Of a DNA stretch of 22,826 nucleotides, positions 8,148-16,395 are shown piece after piece. How positions within the stretch are numbered: position 1 is the first letter of the stretch; every line of letters starts with the position of its first letter. The stretch lies in the IMG/VR virus record IMGVR_UViG_2724679293_000023. The stretch is one strand, 5' to 3'. The notes beneath the pieces were generated by a model. The model did no database searches. It saw nothing but the letters and a program-made list of their open reading frames with translations, and was not told the DNA's origin. Source of the stretch: a virus. Its lineage: Duplodnaviria > Heunggongvirae > Uroviricota > Caudoviricetes. The translations under genes were made by a program, and so were the position numbers.

Positions 8148-8498
8148 GTGTCTAGCATGAAATTGGCCTAAGTTTAATATTAAACGTCTTGCGGGACGCG
8201 TAATGTTAACTGGGCTTTTCTCTATCTGCCGTTGGTGTTCATGCCCGAGGCAGATAGCCTCAAGCACACGCAGCAATTTTACTTAACTATTTTTCCGAAA
8301 AATTAATTATTACTAATGCATAGTTTATAAATCACACGATGATATTATAAATCTAGTGTAAGGGAACATTTAAGTTAAGAATCACATTTTACTAGCCAAA
8401 AACATAAAACAGATCTCTTAATAATAAGCAGCTTTTATATAAAAACCACGATGTGTTTTCATAATAATATGCAGTACCAGCTACTCAGCAATATGAGG

Positions 8499-9017
8499 TT
8501 ATTCAGTCAAGCTTTTGCGCCCGTACGCACTTCTCAAACTTGCACATGTTTCTCTAATCCTAACAATTTGCATACAATCAGGTCTTAGAGGTCGGTTGTG
8601 AACATCACTATCATATGTCATGGCTTGGCGTAATTCCTTAAACAATTTTGCCTTATATTTTTCACCACCGGCCCTTTCAATTTCTTTAGCGATAGTAGTT
8701 AAACTCTTAACCTCCCTACTCATTTTTGCTAACGCCAGTGTAGGTTCTTTATTATTATCTTCAGCCCAGAACTCTAAGGCAAAATCCTCAAGCAACTCCA
8801 GTTTTTGTCTAAACTCACCGATCCATTCATTATGAGCATCTTTAATAGCATCTCCTCTACTTTTTGTGGTTTGGAGATAAGCAATATATGCCGTAATCCC
8901 CCATCCAACTAAAACTAAAAACCAAGTTACATACTGATTTTCATCTTTAAACAAAGAAAAAAACTTACACCAAAAGTCTGCACTCCAAGTACAGACCTGG
9001 ATACTTGAATTAGCCAT
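8499..9017 (-). CDS. Single-pass membrane protein (172 aa), third gene of the low-GC cassette
   Basis: Predicted TM helix VTWFLVLVGWGITAYIAYL followed by a charged helical region; start ATG overlaps the upstream gene stop (ATGGCTAA at 9010-9017); low GC. Confidence 0.6.
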   Translation of the reverse strand: MANSSIQVCTWSADFWCKFFSLFKDENQYVTWFLVLVGWGITAYIAYLQTTKSRGDAIKDAHNEWIGEFRQKLELLEDFALEFWAEDNNKEPTLALAKMSREVKSLTTIAKEIERAGGEKYKAKLFKELRQAMTYDSDVHNRPLRPDCMQIVRIRETCASLRSAYGRKSLTE

Positions 9018-9324
9018 GAGATACCTTTATAGCGTCCTCGATATATTCATTTATCTCGTCAATTAACTCAGGTTCTTCTTCTGAGATAAATTTAATCCCT
9101 TTAACCTTATCAGGACTCACGCCACGCCTAATCAATCCGCCAAAGCACTCCTCCAAGAAAGAAGAACCATACCCCTCCGTTCCATCAAGGTCTATTGTTA
9201 GATCTGGTGAATGTTTAAGCTCTCTTTCTACCCACTCACGAAACTCCTCACCAGAAGCGGGCCCCAATCTTTTAAAACGAGGTCCTGGGCAAGGATAACG
9301 ACTGGCTACTTTTATAATTTTCAT
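9010..9324 (-). CDS. Small STAS-like (DUF4325-type) protein, second gene of the cassette
   Basis: About 104 aa from Met MKIIKVAS (ORF extends to 9363); motif LTIDLDGTEGYGSSFLEECFGGLIRRG resembles STAS-like/anti-sigma-antagonist folds; ATG at 9322-9324 lies 1 nt after the upstream TAG stop. Confidence 0.55.
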   Translation of the reverse strand: MKIIKVASRYPCPGPRFKRLGPASGEEFREWVERELKHSPDLTIDLDGTEGYGSSFLEECFGGLIRRGVSPDKVKGIKFISEEEPELIDEINEYIEDAIKVSHG

Positions 9325-9325
9325 A

Positions 9326-10492
9326 CTACTCAGTTTCCACCTCACAAGGAATTGTCCATTCAATTATAGTACCATTAACAGAGCTTTTGTAATCTCTAAG
9401 CACTTCGTTAATAATGCCAGTTTTCCCTTTGTAAATATAGCGCCCTTTTGATGAAAAAATCCCCATAAAACCATCACCTATTGAATCGATTACCGATTTG
9501 ATATCATTCAAGCCTTTACCTCGGTTCAGCTCCCCAGTCCTCGTTTCCTGAAGTAACGTGGAAGCCTTTATATAAGTAGAATCCTTTACATTTGCTAATG
9601 GAACTCTAAGTTTTTTGAAGATGTTCATTAGCACACTTACACCTTGTGTTTTAGGCAATGTTGAAGGTATTCCCACTCCTTTATCACATATTACCACTGT
9701 AAGATTTTTGTCATGTATGCCAGCAAAGGTCCACCACTTAGCTGTTTCGTCATCTTCCGTATGCATAAAATCATCAACATAAGCATGCTCGACAGAATTA
9801 GACATGGCCTCAGTAAAGCCACGGTATAATTTTTTTGATGATTTTCTTTCTAACTCTTTTTTTATTTCCACCATCATTTCTTTTGCTAAAAGAGGCTCAG
9901 AACAAGAACCTGATGTATATTTCCAAAAAGTCACATCATCATAACTTTCAGTTTCTCTTTTAGGTTTCCTTAATAGATCATAGAAACCGACTTGATTCAA
10001 AATGCTTTCAATTTTCTTGTCTTTCGGATGTGAAAACCCTATGGCATTTACTCCAAATTCACTTTTCTTAATAAGCACATCAACTTCAGCGAGAAAAGAT
10101 AACATAGCAGCTGCACTTATATATTTAGTTGAAGAAAAATCTATATAAACACGATTATTCTTCAACACGCAATCGCGTAAATTATTTAAAAATTTATTCA
10201 TGATTTCAAAATCACGATCGTTGTAATAATTAATAGATATCGGAGCAGAAAAAACCACCCTTTTATTACTTGTTGTCAACTTTTTCTTCGAGACTCGTAG
10301 CTTACGAGTGCGTTTGTAATATTCCAGTTTTCTCTTCGCATTTTCTACTCCTTCCCAATCCGTGCTTTTCAGAGAATTAAATATCCCCCTCTTCAGTTTC
10401 GAAACTTGCCCGCGATAGTTTAGTTTTTGAACTTTTCTTCTTTTTTGCAGATTCATAAATATTTTCACATTTGATAACATCGCAGATATCAT
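9326..10492 (-). CDS. GHKL-superfamily ATPase, RsbW/SpoIIAB-like serine-kinase type, with basic N-terminal region and internal STAS-like segment
   Basis: 388-aa ORF; Bergerat-fold motifs in the C-terminal half: N-box TEAMSNSVEHA (ExxxNxxxHA), G1 ICDKGVGIP (DxGxG), G2 NRGKGLNDI (GxGL); middle segment VYIDFSSTKYISAAAMLSFLAEVDVL is STAS-like; K/R-rich N-terminus; start codon uncertain (no clear SD); low GC. Confidence 0.6.
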   Translation of the reverse strand: MISAMLSNVKIFMNLQKRRKVQKLNYRGQVSKLKRGIFNSLKSTDWEGVENAKRKLEYYKRTRKLRVSKKKLTTSNKRVVFSAPISINYYNDRDFEIMNKFLNNLRDCVLKNNRVYIDFSSTKYISAAAMLSFLAEVDVLIKKSEFGVNAIGFSHPKDKKIESILNQVGFYDLLRKPKRETESYDDVTFWKYTSGSCSEPLLAKEMMVEIKKELERKSSKKLYRGFTEAMSNSVEHAYVDDFMHTEDDETAKWWTFAGIHDKNLTVVICDKGVGIPSTLPKTQGVSVLMNIFKKLRVPLANVKDSTYIKASTLLQETRTGELNRGKGLNDIKSVIDSIGDGFMGIFSSKGRYIYKGKTGIINEVLRDYKSSVNGTIIEWTIPCEVETE

Positions 10493-10728
10493 ATTTCACA
10501 TGAAAAATTTTTTGTAGCCCCTCCATCAAAGAAAATCGCTGCCTTTATCAAAAACATTTCGAAATTGTCAGCAACTTAACGTCCCCCCACCCCAACAGTA
10601 AAATTGATCCCACTAGCTCAAGTGAAAGTCACCCCGTAACATCCTGTTGATACCCAGCGCCTGCGCTTTCGCTCTTACAGCATAACAAGAACGATCGATC
10701 CCCCATATGCTTTCTACCGTCAACGTGC

Positions 10729-11190
10729 CTACACACTGCCCTGAGTGCCATGATTTCCCTCATGCATAACCTGTTCACCGAATATCTCTCGAAAACCATT
10801 CTGGTAAAACGCCAGTACGCGCTGCATAGCTTCGCTCCTCCGACACTCGCGACAGATTATGTTCAGACGCCTGTCATAGCGGCGTATTTCTCCGTCTGGT
10901 AATGAATAAACCAGGTCCGGGTCGCTCTTTTTTTTCACTGCTGCTTTCGACATCTTTTTGCGGGCCTTTATCCAGTCCTTACGTGCCTGTTCAGACGGAA
11001 ATAACCCGTAGCCGGAGTTGTATAAATCGCCACTGGCAACCAGCTCTCTGGCAAGAACACTCATCAGATACCTTGTCGCACCTGTCTTAGCTTCCAGTTG
11101 TCGTAACGTCTCGCGCCCACTCTGGCGCACGAGCTCAACAACCTTCCCCTTAATTTTTTCCCGCTCTTCTTGTGTAAATACTTTTGCCAT
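10729..11190 (-). CDS. Hypothetical phage protein with possible winged-helix segment (153 aa)
   Basis: Start at Met MAKVFTQ with SD GGAGG 6 nt upstream; lysine-rich middle; no confident family. Confidence 0.4.
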   Translation of the reverse strand: MAKVFTQEEREKIKGKVVELVRQSGRETLRQLEAKTGATRYLMSVLARELVASGDLYNSGYGLFPSEQARKDWIKARKKMSKAAVKKKSDPDLVYSLPDGEIRRYDRRLNIICRECRRSEAMQRVLAFYQNGFREIFGEQVMHEGNHGTQGSV

Positions 11191-11205
11191 AAGCGCCTCC
11201 GGCAA

Positions 11206-11814
11206 TCACTTTTCCGATGCAACATGGCGGGAAGAATCAGTAATCTGTCGTACAATATCCCTGTGCTTGTTCAACTCACGCAGCGCGGCGCAGACACGCT
11301 CCCACTTCTGGACATGATTTTTCGCCCGACGCAGTTCGCGGTTTGCCATATGCAGTGATGGTAAAACCAGGTCATCCGCTCGCGTTTCAGTAAACGATGG
11401 CAGCGACTGCACAATGTCCGCCACAGTTTCTGTTTTAATATCTTCCTGTGTTGCAGCCTCCTGTACTGGTAACGCAACACCTGCGGGCTGAGGAAAGGCC
11501 TTACCATCAGTTTCCGCTACCGATGCTGCTTTCGGCTCTGCTGGTAAATTATCGCCCGGTATGCAGTAACGAAATTTACCGCCCTGATTTACGCGAATCA
11601 GACGACCTTTGCTGATTGCCATTGCCAACGTTGAAGCCACTTTGCGTGATGTGGTACCAAACAATGTAGCCAGCTCATCCGCCGTTTGTGGTCCACGTTG
11701 TTCAATCGTCGCAGTTAAATCGCTCTCTGAAATTTTCGCGACTGTTGCCGTGGTAGTTTCTTCCGGCAGTTCTGCCGGCGCTGGCTGTTCCTGCTGAACG
11801 TTGTTATCAGCCAC
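11206..11814 (-). CDS. Hypothetical acidic phage protein; likely the 3' part of a gene frameshifted at an A-run
   Basis: ORF begins with GTG and has no SD; its reading frame stays open upstream exactly to the A6 run at about 11852-11857 where the upstream ORF frame arrives. Confidence 0.4.
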   Translation of the reverse strand: MADNNVQQEQPAPAELPEETTTATVAKISESDLTATIEQRGPQTADELATLFGTTSRKVASTLAMAISKGRLIRVNQGGKFRYCIPGDNLPAEPKAASVAETDGKAFPQPAGVALPVQEAATQEDIKTETVADIVQSLPSFTETRADDLVLPSLHMANRELRRAKNHVQKWERVCAALRELNKHRDIVRQITDSSRHVASEK

Positions 11815-11836
11815 ACGCCAGGTATACGCGCTTTTA

Positions 11837-11968
11837 TCAACGAAACCAGCCTTTTTTCAGTTCCCATAGTTCGTTCAGCACTTTTTCACGACTGATATCA
11901 AGTCGCGCAGCAAGTTCTATGGATGTGGCTTTTCCCATCGCTTTCAGTGCGTCAAAAACAGTCTCCAT
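11837..11968 (-). CDS. Small HTH-like protein (43 aa), probably the 5' part of the frameshifted gene
   Basis: Start at Met METVFDAL with strong SD GGGAGGAAA; sequence [27 protein letters not shown] looks like a winged-helix recognition region; ends 7 codons after the A6 run. Confidence 0.4.
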   Translation of the reverse strand: METVFDALKAMGKATSIELAARLDISREKVLNELWELKKGWFR

Positions 11969-11990
11969 TAAAATTTCCTCCCGGTAAAAA

Positions 11991-12737
11991 TCACTTCGCA
12001 ATTCCTGGCTGGACGACATTCGGACGCCAGCTCTCCCAGTTAAAATTCACCCATCGCCCGCCGTTCATGGTCATGCGATCCATAATCCGCTCGCCGAGCA
12101 ATGTTTTCATGGCCTCATAGTTCAGGTTTGTCAGCATCCCCACGCTGCGCATCGACGCTGTCCGGCGATCAACAATCTGGTGCAGCACCACCTGCTCGTT
12201 TTTCGTCTCGCGCTGAATGCCAATTTCATCAAGAACCAGCAGATCTACTTCGCACAGCTCCCGCAAAAATTTTTCGCCTGACTGCCCGTCGTCATAGCTG
12301 GCGTGCAGGGCGCTCATAACATCAGCCACGGTAACCACAATCACTGTCTGACCGTCTTTCAGCAGGCGATTCCCGATAGCTGCCGCTAAGTGATTCTTCC
12401 CGGTACCAGGTTTTCCGCTGAACGCAAAATTTGTACACCCGGTCATCAGTTCATCGGCGATGGATTTCGCCTGGCTTAACGCGTATCGCTGGCCGTCGTT
12501 CTGCACCTGGTAATTCGCAAACGAGCATTTACGGTGCAACGGCTGGATGCCTGAACGATTCAGAATTTTTTCCACCCGCAACTGGCGATTCAGGCGGTTG
12601 ATCTCCTCGCTACGTTTCTGGCCTTCAGCAAGTTGCCACTCGCGCCACTCCGCTACCGTTCTGAATGGGGCGGTTACATGTGGCGGGGTCAGTCGGCGGA
12701 TGCGTTCCAGAACGCCGCCTGTCGCAATATTTTTCAT
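11991..12737 (-). CDS. DnaC-like helicase loader (AAA+ ATPase), phage replication protein
   Basis: 248 aa; Walker [18 protein letters not shown], Walker [10 protein letters not shown] and overall similarity to E. coli DnaC / Rac YdaV as I recall them. Confidence 0.85.
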   Translation of the reverse strand: MKNIATGGVLERIRRLTPPHVTAPFRTVAEWREWQLAEGQKRSEEINRLNRQLRVEKILNRSGIQPLHRKCSFANYQVQNDGQRYALSQAKSIADELMTGCTNFAFSGKPGTGKNHLAAAIGNRLLKDGQTVIVVTVADVMSALHASYDDGQSGEKFLRELCEVDLLVLDEIGIQRETKNEQVVLHQIVDRRTASMRSVGMLTNLNYEAMKTLLGERIMDRMTMNGGRWVNFNWESWRPNVVQPGIAK

Positions 12738-12743
12738 GGTCCG

Positions 12744-13532
12744 TTACCCCCTGAAGCCTGGCGGGATCGCACTGTCCGGCAACGAGACAGTGTTAACCTG
12801 TCGGAGCAACGTCTCAGGCCGAACACCTTTCGGCGCGAACAGGCCCTGGTATTCATTGGCGATGCTGTGTCGAATCACCTGCTCAGGTGTAAAACCCTGC
12901 TGACGGAATTTTTCCAGCTCCCGTATCGCCCCGTTAGCGCCCTGCTCCGTTCGAATCGGTTTTCGCAATGCCTGCCTGAACTTAACCCACTCATGCCAGA
13001 GTGTTTCCGGCAACCAGTCAGGCAGCTCGATAGCCTCCGGCTCGAATTTTTTAGACGCTCGTTTTTGGCGAGGGGGATTTAGGGGGAGATCAGTATTTAT
13101 ATCTTCCTCTTCCTCTTCCTCTGGTAACGCTTTTTGATCCGTTTGTGTAACGCTGCCAGCGTTACCTTTTCGTTTCAGTTCGCGTATTTTTGTAACTCGC
13201 TCGTTTGTAACCGCCCGTTTTTTAGAGCTTTTTCCGTTATGACGTTCAAAGTTAGGTAGAGAAAGCCCACCGTCATTTTCGACCAGCCATCCAACCTGAA
13301 TTAACGCATCAGCAAAACCAGCCATAAAAGTGATGCGGTCTATTGCACTTTTTGTAACGCCGCGAGCGTTACAATCTGCATTACCGTCTATCATTTGTTG
13401 ATCCGCCCATGCCCAGAAGCGAATAACCTTCCCTAATGCGGCATCTGGATCAATATTCAGAATCTCAGCAAGCCTGAATATTTCCGGCTTATCCGGCGTA
13501 ATAACCTCGAGCTTTATCCAGTTTGAAGCCAT
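12744..13532 (-). CDS. Replication initiation-associated protein (YdaU-like / O-like partner of the DnaC-like loader)
   Basis: 262 aa directly upstream of the DnaC-like gene; acidic interdomain linker PEEEEEEDINTD; gene body contains palindromic iteron-like sites. Confidence 0.55.
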   Translation of the reverse strand: MASNWIKLEVITPDKPEIFRLAEILNIDPDAALGKVIRFWAWADQQMIDGNADCNARGVTKSAIDRITFMAGFADALIQVGWLVENDGGLSLPNFERHNGKSSKKRAVTNERVTKIRELKRKGNAGSVTQTDQKALPEEEEEEDINTDLPLNPPRQKRASKKFEPEAIELPDWLPETLWHEWVKFRQALRKPIRTEQGANGAIRELEKFRQQGFTPEQVIRHSIANEYQGLFAPKGVRPETLLRQVNTVSLPDSAIPPGFRG

Positions 13533-13565
13533 TTGTTTTCACCTTGTAACGCTCGCAGCGTTACA
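13146..13565. repeat. Three copies of a palindromic motif TGTAACGC-N5-GCGTTACA (13146-13165, 13352-13374, 13545-13565), plus extra TGTAAC half-sites at about 13191-13212
   Basis: Read directly; arms are exact reverse complements in each copy with a 5-nt spacer; copies are about 200 bp apart, two inside the YdaU-like gene and one in the upstream intergenic region. Confidence 0.7.
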
Positions 13566-13609
13566 TTTAACTGATACCGAACAAAACAATCCGGCACGAT
13601 CAATTTCAA

Positions 13610-14032
13610 TCAATGCACTACGACAGAATCGCCGGGCGACCCACCACCGCTGAAATGTGCTTTCCGGTAAACGGCCTGGACTGCATCATCATGCGCATCA
13701 ATTGCCGTACTCAACGCTTCCTGCGCCGCCAGTAATGCACGGCGTTCCAGGGTATCGAAGATACGGAGTCGGTGACGCAGCTCGCGCGGAAGAATTGCCA
13801 GAACCGCAGGGATCAGTTTCTGAATTTTTTCCCTTTGCGCTTTCGTTTCACCTTTCAACCAACGGTGATAGATATTCTGCTGATTGTTCCAGTCCTTGCC
13901 TGGTACAAGGGGCAATTCGCCGCCCCCCTGGCGCAGATATTCTTCAGTAATTGCGTTAGCGACCCACGCCTGCCCTTTTTCGGCTGCCAGGGCCAACAAC
14001 ACTGATTCGATATGCTCATGCCTGATTTTCAT
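13610..14032 (-). CDS. ydaT: YdaT-like (CII-like) protein
   Basis: 140 aa MKIRHEHIESVLLALAAEKGQAWVANAITEEYLRQ... matches my recollection of Rac YdaT; ATGA overlap with the upstream Cro-like gene. Confidence 0.6.
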   Translation of the reverse strand: MKIRHEHIESVLLALAAEKGQAWVANAITEEYLRQGGGELPLVPGKDWNNQQNIYHRWLKGETKAQREKIQKLIPAVLAILPRELRHRLRIFDTLERRALLAAQEALSTAIDAHDDAVQAVYRKAHFSGGGSPGDSVVVH

Positions 14033-14271
14033 GAATCAACCGCTCCTATGCTGTTTTCGCTATGCTTACCGTCTGGGGGGAATACATCGTCAAGTCCACA
14101 ATGAGCGCCAAGCCGATTAAGGGTAGAAACAATTTTTCTGCACTCCTCTAGCCCAGGGGTACGAAAATTTGCTTCGTAATTTGCCAGTCGGCTTTGTATC
14201 CACCCTAACTGAACAGCGAGTTGTCTTTGAGACAACCCAAGCTGTTTTCGATATGTTGAAATTTTGTTCAT
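14029..14271 (-). CDS. Cro/YdaS-like HTH (XRE family) DNA-binding protein
   Basis: 80 aa with HTH LGLSQRQLAVQLGWIQSRLANYE; divergent from the repressor gene; SD GGAGG upstream. Confidence 0.7.
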   Translation of the reverse strand: MNKISTYRKQLGLSQRQLAVQLGWIQSRLANYEANFRTPGLEECRKIVSTLNRLGAHCGLDDVFPPDGKHSENSIGAVDS

Positions 14272-14295
14272 TGAAAACCTCCGATGACAATTTTA

Positions 14296-14356
14296 AACAC
14301 ACCTTGTGTTATATGGTCAAGCTGTTTTGTGTTTTATGTAAATCACGATTCGTGAT
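14296..14356. promoter_or_regulatory. Candidate operator region between the divergent cro-like and repressor genes (palindromes AACACA-CCT-TGTGTT at 14296-14310 and ATCACGA-T-TCGTGAT at 14342-14356)
   Basis: Two perfect 15-bp palindromes in the 96-bp divergent intergenic region; the second ends 12 nt before the repressor ATG. Confidence 0.5.
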
Positions 14357-14367
14357 ACAAGGATGCA

Positions 14368-14787
14368 ATGGAAAAAGAAAACGAAAAAATTGCCGCTAGT
14401 AGGCTCAATGACAAAATTGCAATGCGTCTTAAAGAGCGCAGGCAGAAGCTTGGTTTATCTCAAGGAAAACTTGCTGAAATCTGCGGATGGACGCAATCGC
14501 GTATAGGTAACTATGAGGCGGGCAGCAGAAATGTTGGAGTGCATGACGCTGTCGTATTGGGAAAGGCACTTGGCATATCTCCTCCTGAGCTCCTCTTTGG
14601 AGAACAGGAATCTTCTGAATTGTGGTTAAATGAATCCCAACGAAAACTTCTTGAGTTGTTTAACCAGCTACCGGGCTCAGAACAACAACGAATGATTGAG
14701 TTATTTGAAGTCCGGCTAAAAGAAATCGATGAGTATGTAGAAAAATATTTGAGAGGCAGGCTTAAAGATAATCCCCCACCGGAGTAA
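14368..14787 (+). CDS. Prophage repressor, XRE/DicA-like HTH protein without peptidase S24 domain
   Basis: 139 aa; HTH LGLSQGKLAEICGWTQSRIGNYE; C-terminal LLELFNQLPGSEQQRMIELFEVRLKEI resembles DicA as I recall it; no Ser-Lys autocleavage module. Confidence 0.75.
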   Translation: MEKENEKIAASRLNDKIAMRLKERRQKLGLSQGKLAEICGWTQSRIGNYEAGSRNVGVHDAVVLGKALGISPPELLFGEQESSELWLNESQRKLLELFNQLPGSEQQRMIELFEVRLKEIDEYVEKYLRGRLKDNPPPE

Positions 14788-14817
14788 TGATCTTGCTATC
14801 ACAGTAATATGCCAATC

Positions 14818-14841
14818 AGCCCGCTATCAGCGGGCTTTTTT
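14818..14841 (+). terminator. Intrinsic terminator after the repressor gene
   Basis: 8-bp stem agcccgct/agcgggct with 3-nt loop followed by T5. Confidence 0.6.
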
Positions 14842-14883
14842 GTACCATCATCATATGACACCCACCACAAAACACATTTCGTG

Positions 14884-14912
14884 TTGACACAAGAAAACGT
14901 ATTGTGTTTAAT
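14884..14912 (+). promoter_or_regulatory. Candidate early leftward promoter (pL-like): -35 TTGACA 14884-14889, 17-bp spacer, -10 TTTAAT 14907-14912
   Basis: Consensus -35 and 5/6 -10 with optimal spacing; flanked and overlapped by AACAC/GTGTT and CACAA/TTGTG inverted motifs (14871-14906) similar to the half-sites near the repressor gene. Confidence 0.5.
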
Positions 14913-15092
14913 AAGCATATCCAAACAACGCCCCACCAGAGAACGGCAGGACAATACCTCGAGTTATCCAGCCACTGAACAGGGCTAAGTAGCCAGCCTG
15001 AGGCATACGAACATGACGGCAGTTGTTGATTGATACAAAGCGCAGTAGATAAAACGTTCCGCCACCCGGCGTTAAGGGGAAATGAGGTCAAC

Positions 15093-15245
15093 ATGGATAC
15101 TATCGATCTTGGCAACAACGAATCTCTGGTATGTGGCGTGTTTCCCAATCAGGACGGCACATTCACCGCCATGACGTATACCAAAAGCAAAACGTTTAAA
15201 ACCGAAGCTGGCGCACGTCGCTGGCTTGCCAGAAATACTTGCTAA
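15093..15245 (+). CDS. YdaF-like small protein (DUF1391-like, 50 aa)
   Basis: MDTIDLGNNESLVCGVFPNQDGTFTAMTYTKSKTFKTEAGARRWLARNTC from an internal Met with SD; resembles Rac YdaF from memory. Confidence 0.5.
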   Translation: MDTIDLGNNESLVCGVFPNQDGTFTAMTYTKSKTFKTEAGARRWLARNTC

Positions 15246-15641
15246 TCCATTATTTGGATTAATTCAATATTCTCGCTGTAGGGGTATAGCAGAAACCACC
15301 AAAGCCCGGAGGTGGTGAAATAAAACCGGGCACAACACGAAGGCGCATTTCCGATATCCATAAAGAGTCGGTCTTGTCTGTTAAATTTAAATGGTGGGAG
15401 TGCGCCTCCGGTTGTAAATAACGACATTGCTATGTGTAGTCTTTGGCGGCATCAGTTCTACTCCGTGGCTGCCCTGCCGCCCCTTTTTAAAGTGAATTTT
15501 GTGATGCGGTGAATGCGGCTAAGCGCACGCGGCACAGTTAAAAGCATCAGTGTTATGGGTGGATTATCCGGCGTTAATTGTTAACTGGTTAACGTCACCT
15601 GGAGGCACCAGGCACCGTATCGACAAAATTCATTTGTAAAA

Positions 15642-15875
15642 ATGGAGATAATTATGATTGCTCATCACTTCGGAACTGATGAAATACCACGTCAGTGTGT
15701 GACCCCTGGCGATTATGTTCTTCATGAAGGTCGGACATATATCGCCTCGGCAAACAATATTAAAAAGCGAAAACTTTATATTCGTAGCCTGACTACAAAA
15801 ACATGCATTTCTGACTGCATGATTAAAGTCTTCCTCGGTCGTGATGGTTTACCTGTAAAGGCGGAGTCATGGTAA
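15642..15875 (+). CDS. kilR: KilR-like cell-division inhibitor
   Basis: 77-aa ORF (track) [39 protein letters not shown]... matching my recollection of Rac KilR; start may be the second Met. Confidence 0.65.
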   Translation: MEIIMIAHHFGTDEIPRQCVTPGDYVLHEGRTYIASANNIKKRKLYIRSLTTKTCISDCMIKVFLGRDGLPVKAESW

Positions 15876-16045
15876 TAACTAAGAAAATAAAATGTGCTTA
15901 TCACCTTTGCAATAAAGAAATTGAAGAAAGCAAAATCATTACAAGACCACTTCATTTCATGCGTGGAGTTATACCAACGACGGAAATGAAAAAATATTGT
16001 AGTGAAATCTGTGCCGAAAAAGACCAGATGGCACACGAACTTTAA
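15869..16045 (+). CDS. YdaE-like small Cys-rich (putative Zn-binding) protein, about 58 aa
   Basis: Hand-translated ORF below the track threshold: [24 protein letters not shown]...[18 protein letters not shown]; start overlaps the kilR stop; coordinates approximate (plus or minus 1). Confidence 0.45.
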   Translation: MVITKKIKCAYHLCNKEIEESKIITRPLHFMRGVIPTTEMKKYCSEICAEKDQMAHEL

Positions 16046-16119
16046 TTAACTGACTATCCGAAACTAAATTTATGCCAGCAATGGCAGGGATTCGCTCAAC
16101 CTTAATTAAGGAGAAAAAC

Positions 16120-16395
16120 ATGATTACCAGTTATGAAGCCACTGTTGTAACGACCGATGACATTGTTCACGAGGTTAATCTGGAAGGAAAGCGTATTGGC
16201 TACGTGATTAAAACAGAAAATAAAGAAACCCCATTCACTGTGGTTGATATCGACGGTCCATCAGGCAACGTAAAAACACTTGATGAAGGTGTCACAAAAA
16301 TGTGCCTGGTTCACATCGGAAAGAATCTGCCCGCAGAAAAAAAAGCCGGATTTCTGGCAACTCTGATTGCAATGAAATTAGGCGGTGAAATCTGA
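16120..16395 (+). CDS. racC: RacC-like protein (91 aa)
   Basis: Internal Met MITSYEATVVTTDDIVHEVNLEGKRIGY... preceded by SD AAGGAG; resembles Rac RacC from memory. Confidence 0.55.
   Translation: MITSYEATVVTTDDIVHEVNLEGKRIGYVIKTENKETPFTVVDIDGPSGNVKTLDEGVTKMCLVHIGKNLPAEKKAGFLATLIAMKLGGEI

Noticed and set aside
14816-15148. 110-aa minus-strand ORF
   Set aside because: Runs antisense through the repressor terminator, the pL-like promoter and the ydaF-like start; no SD; spurious.
15840-15901. Apparent 1-nt inconsistency between my base-by-base reading and the ORF-track frame across kilR/ydaE-like
   Set aside because: Track coordinates are self-consistent on both sides (15642 and 16072), so this is most likely a reading slip on my part, not a real frameshift; not reported as a biological feature.
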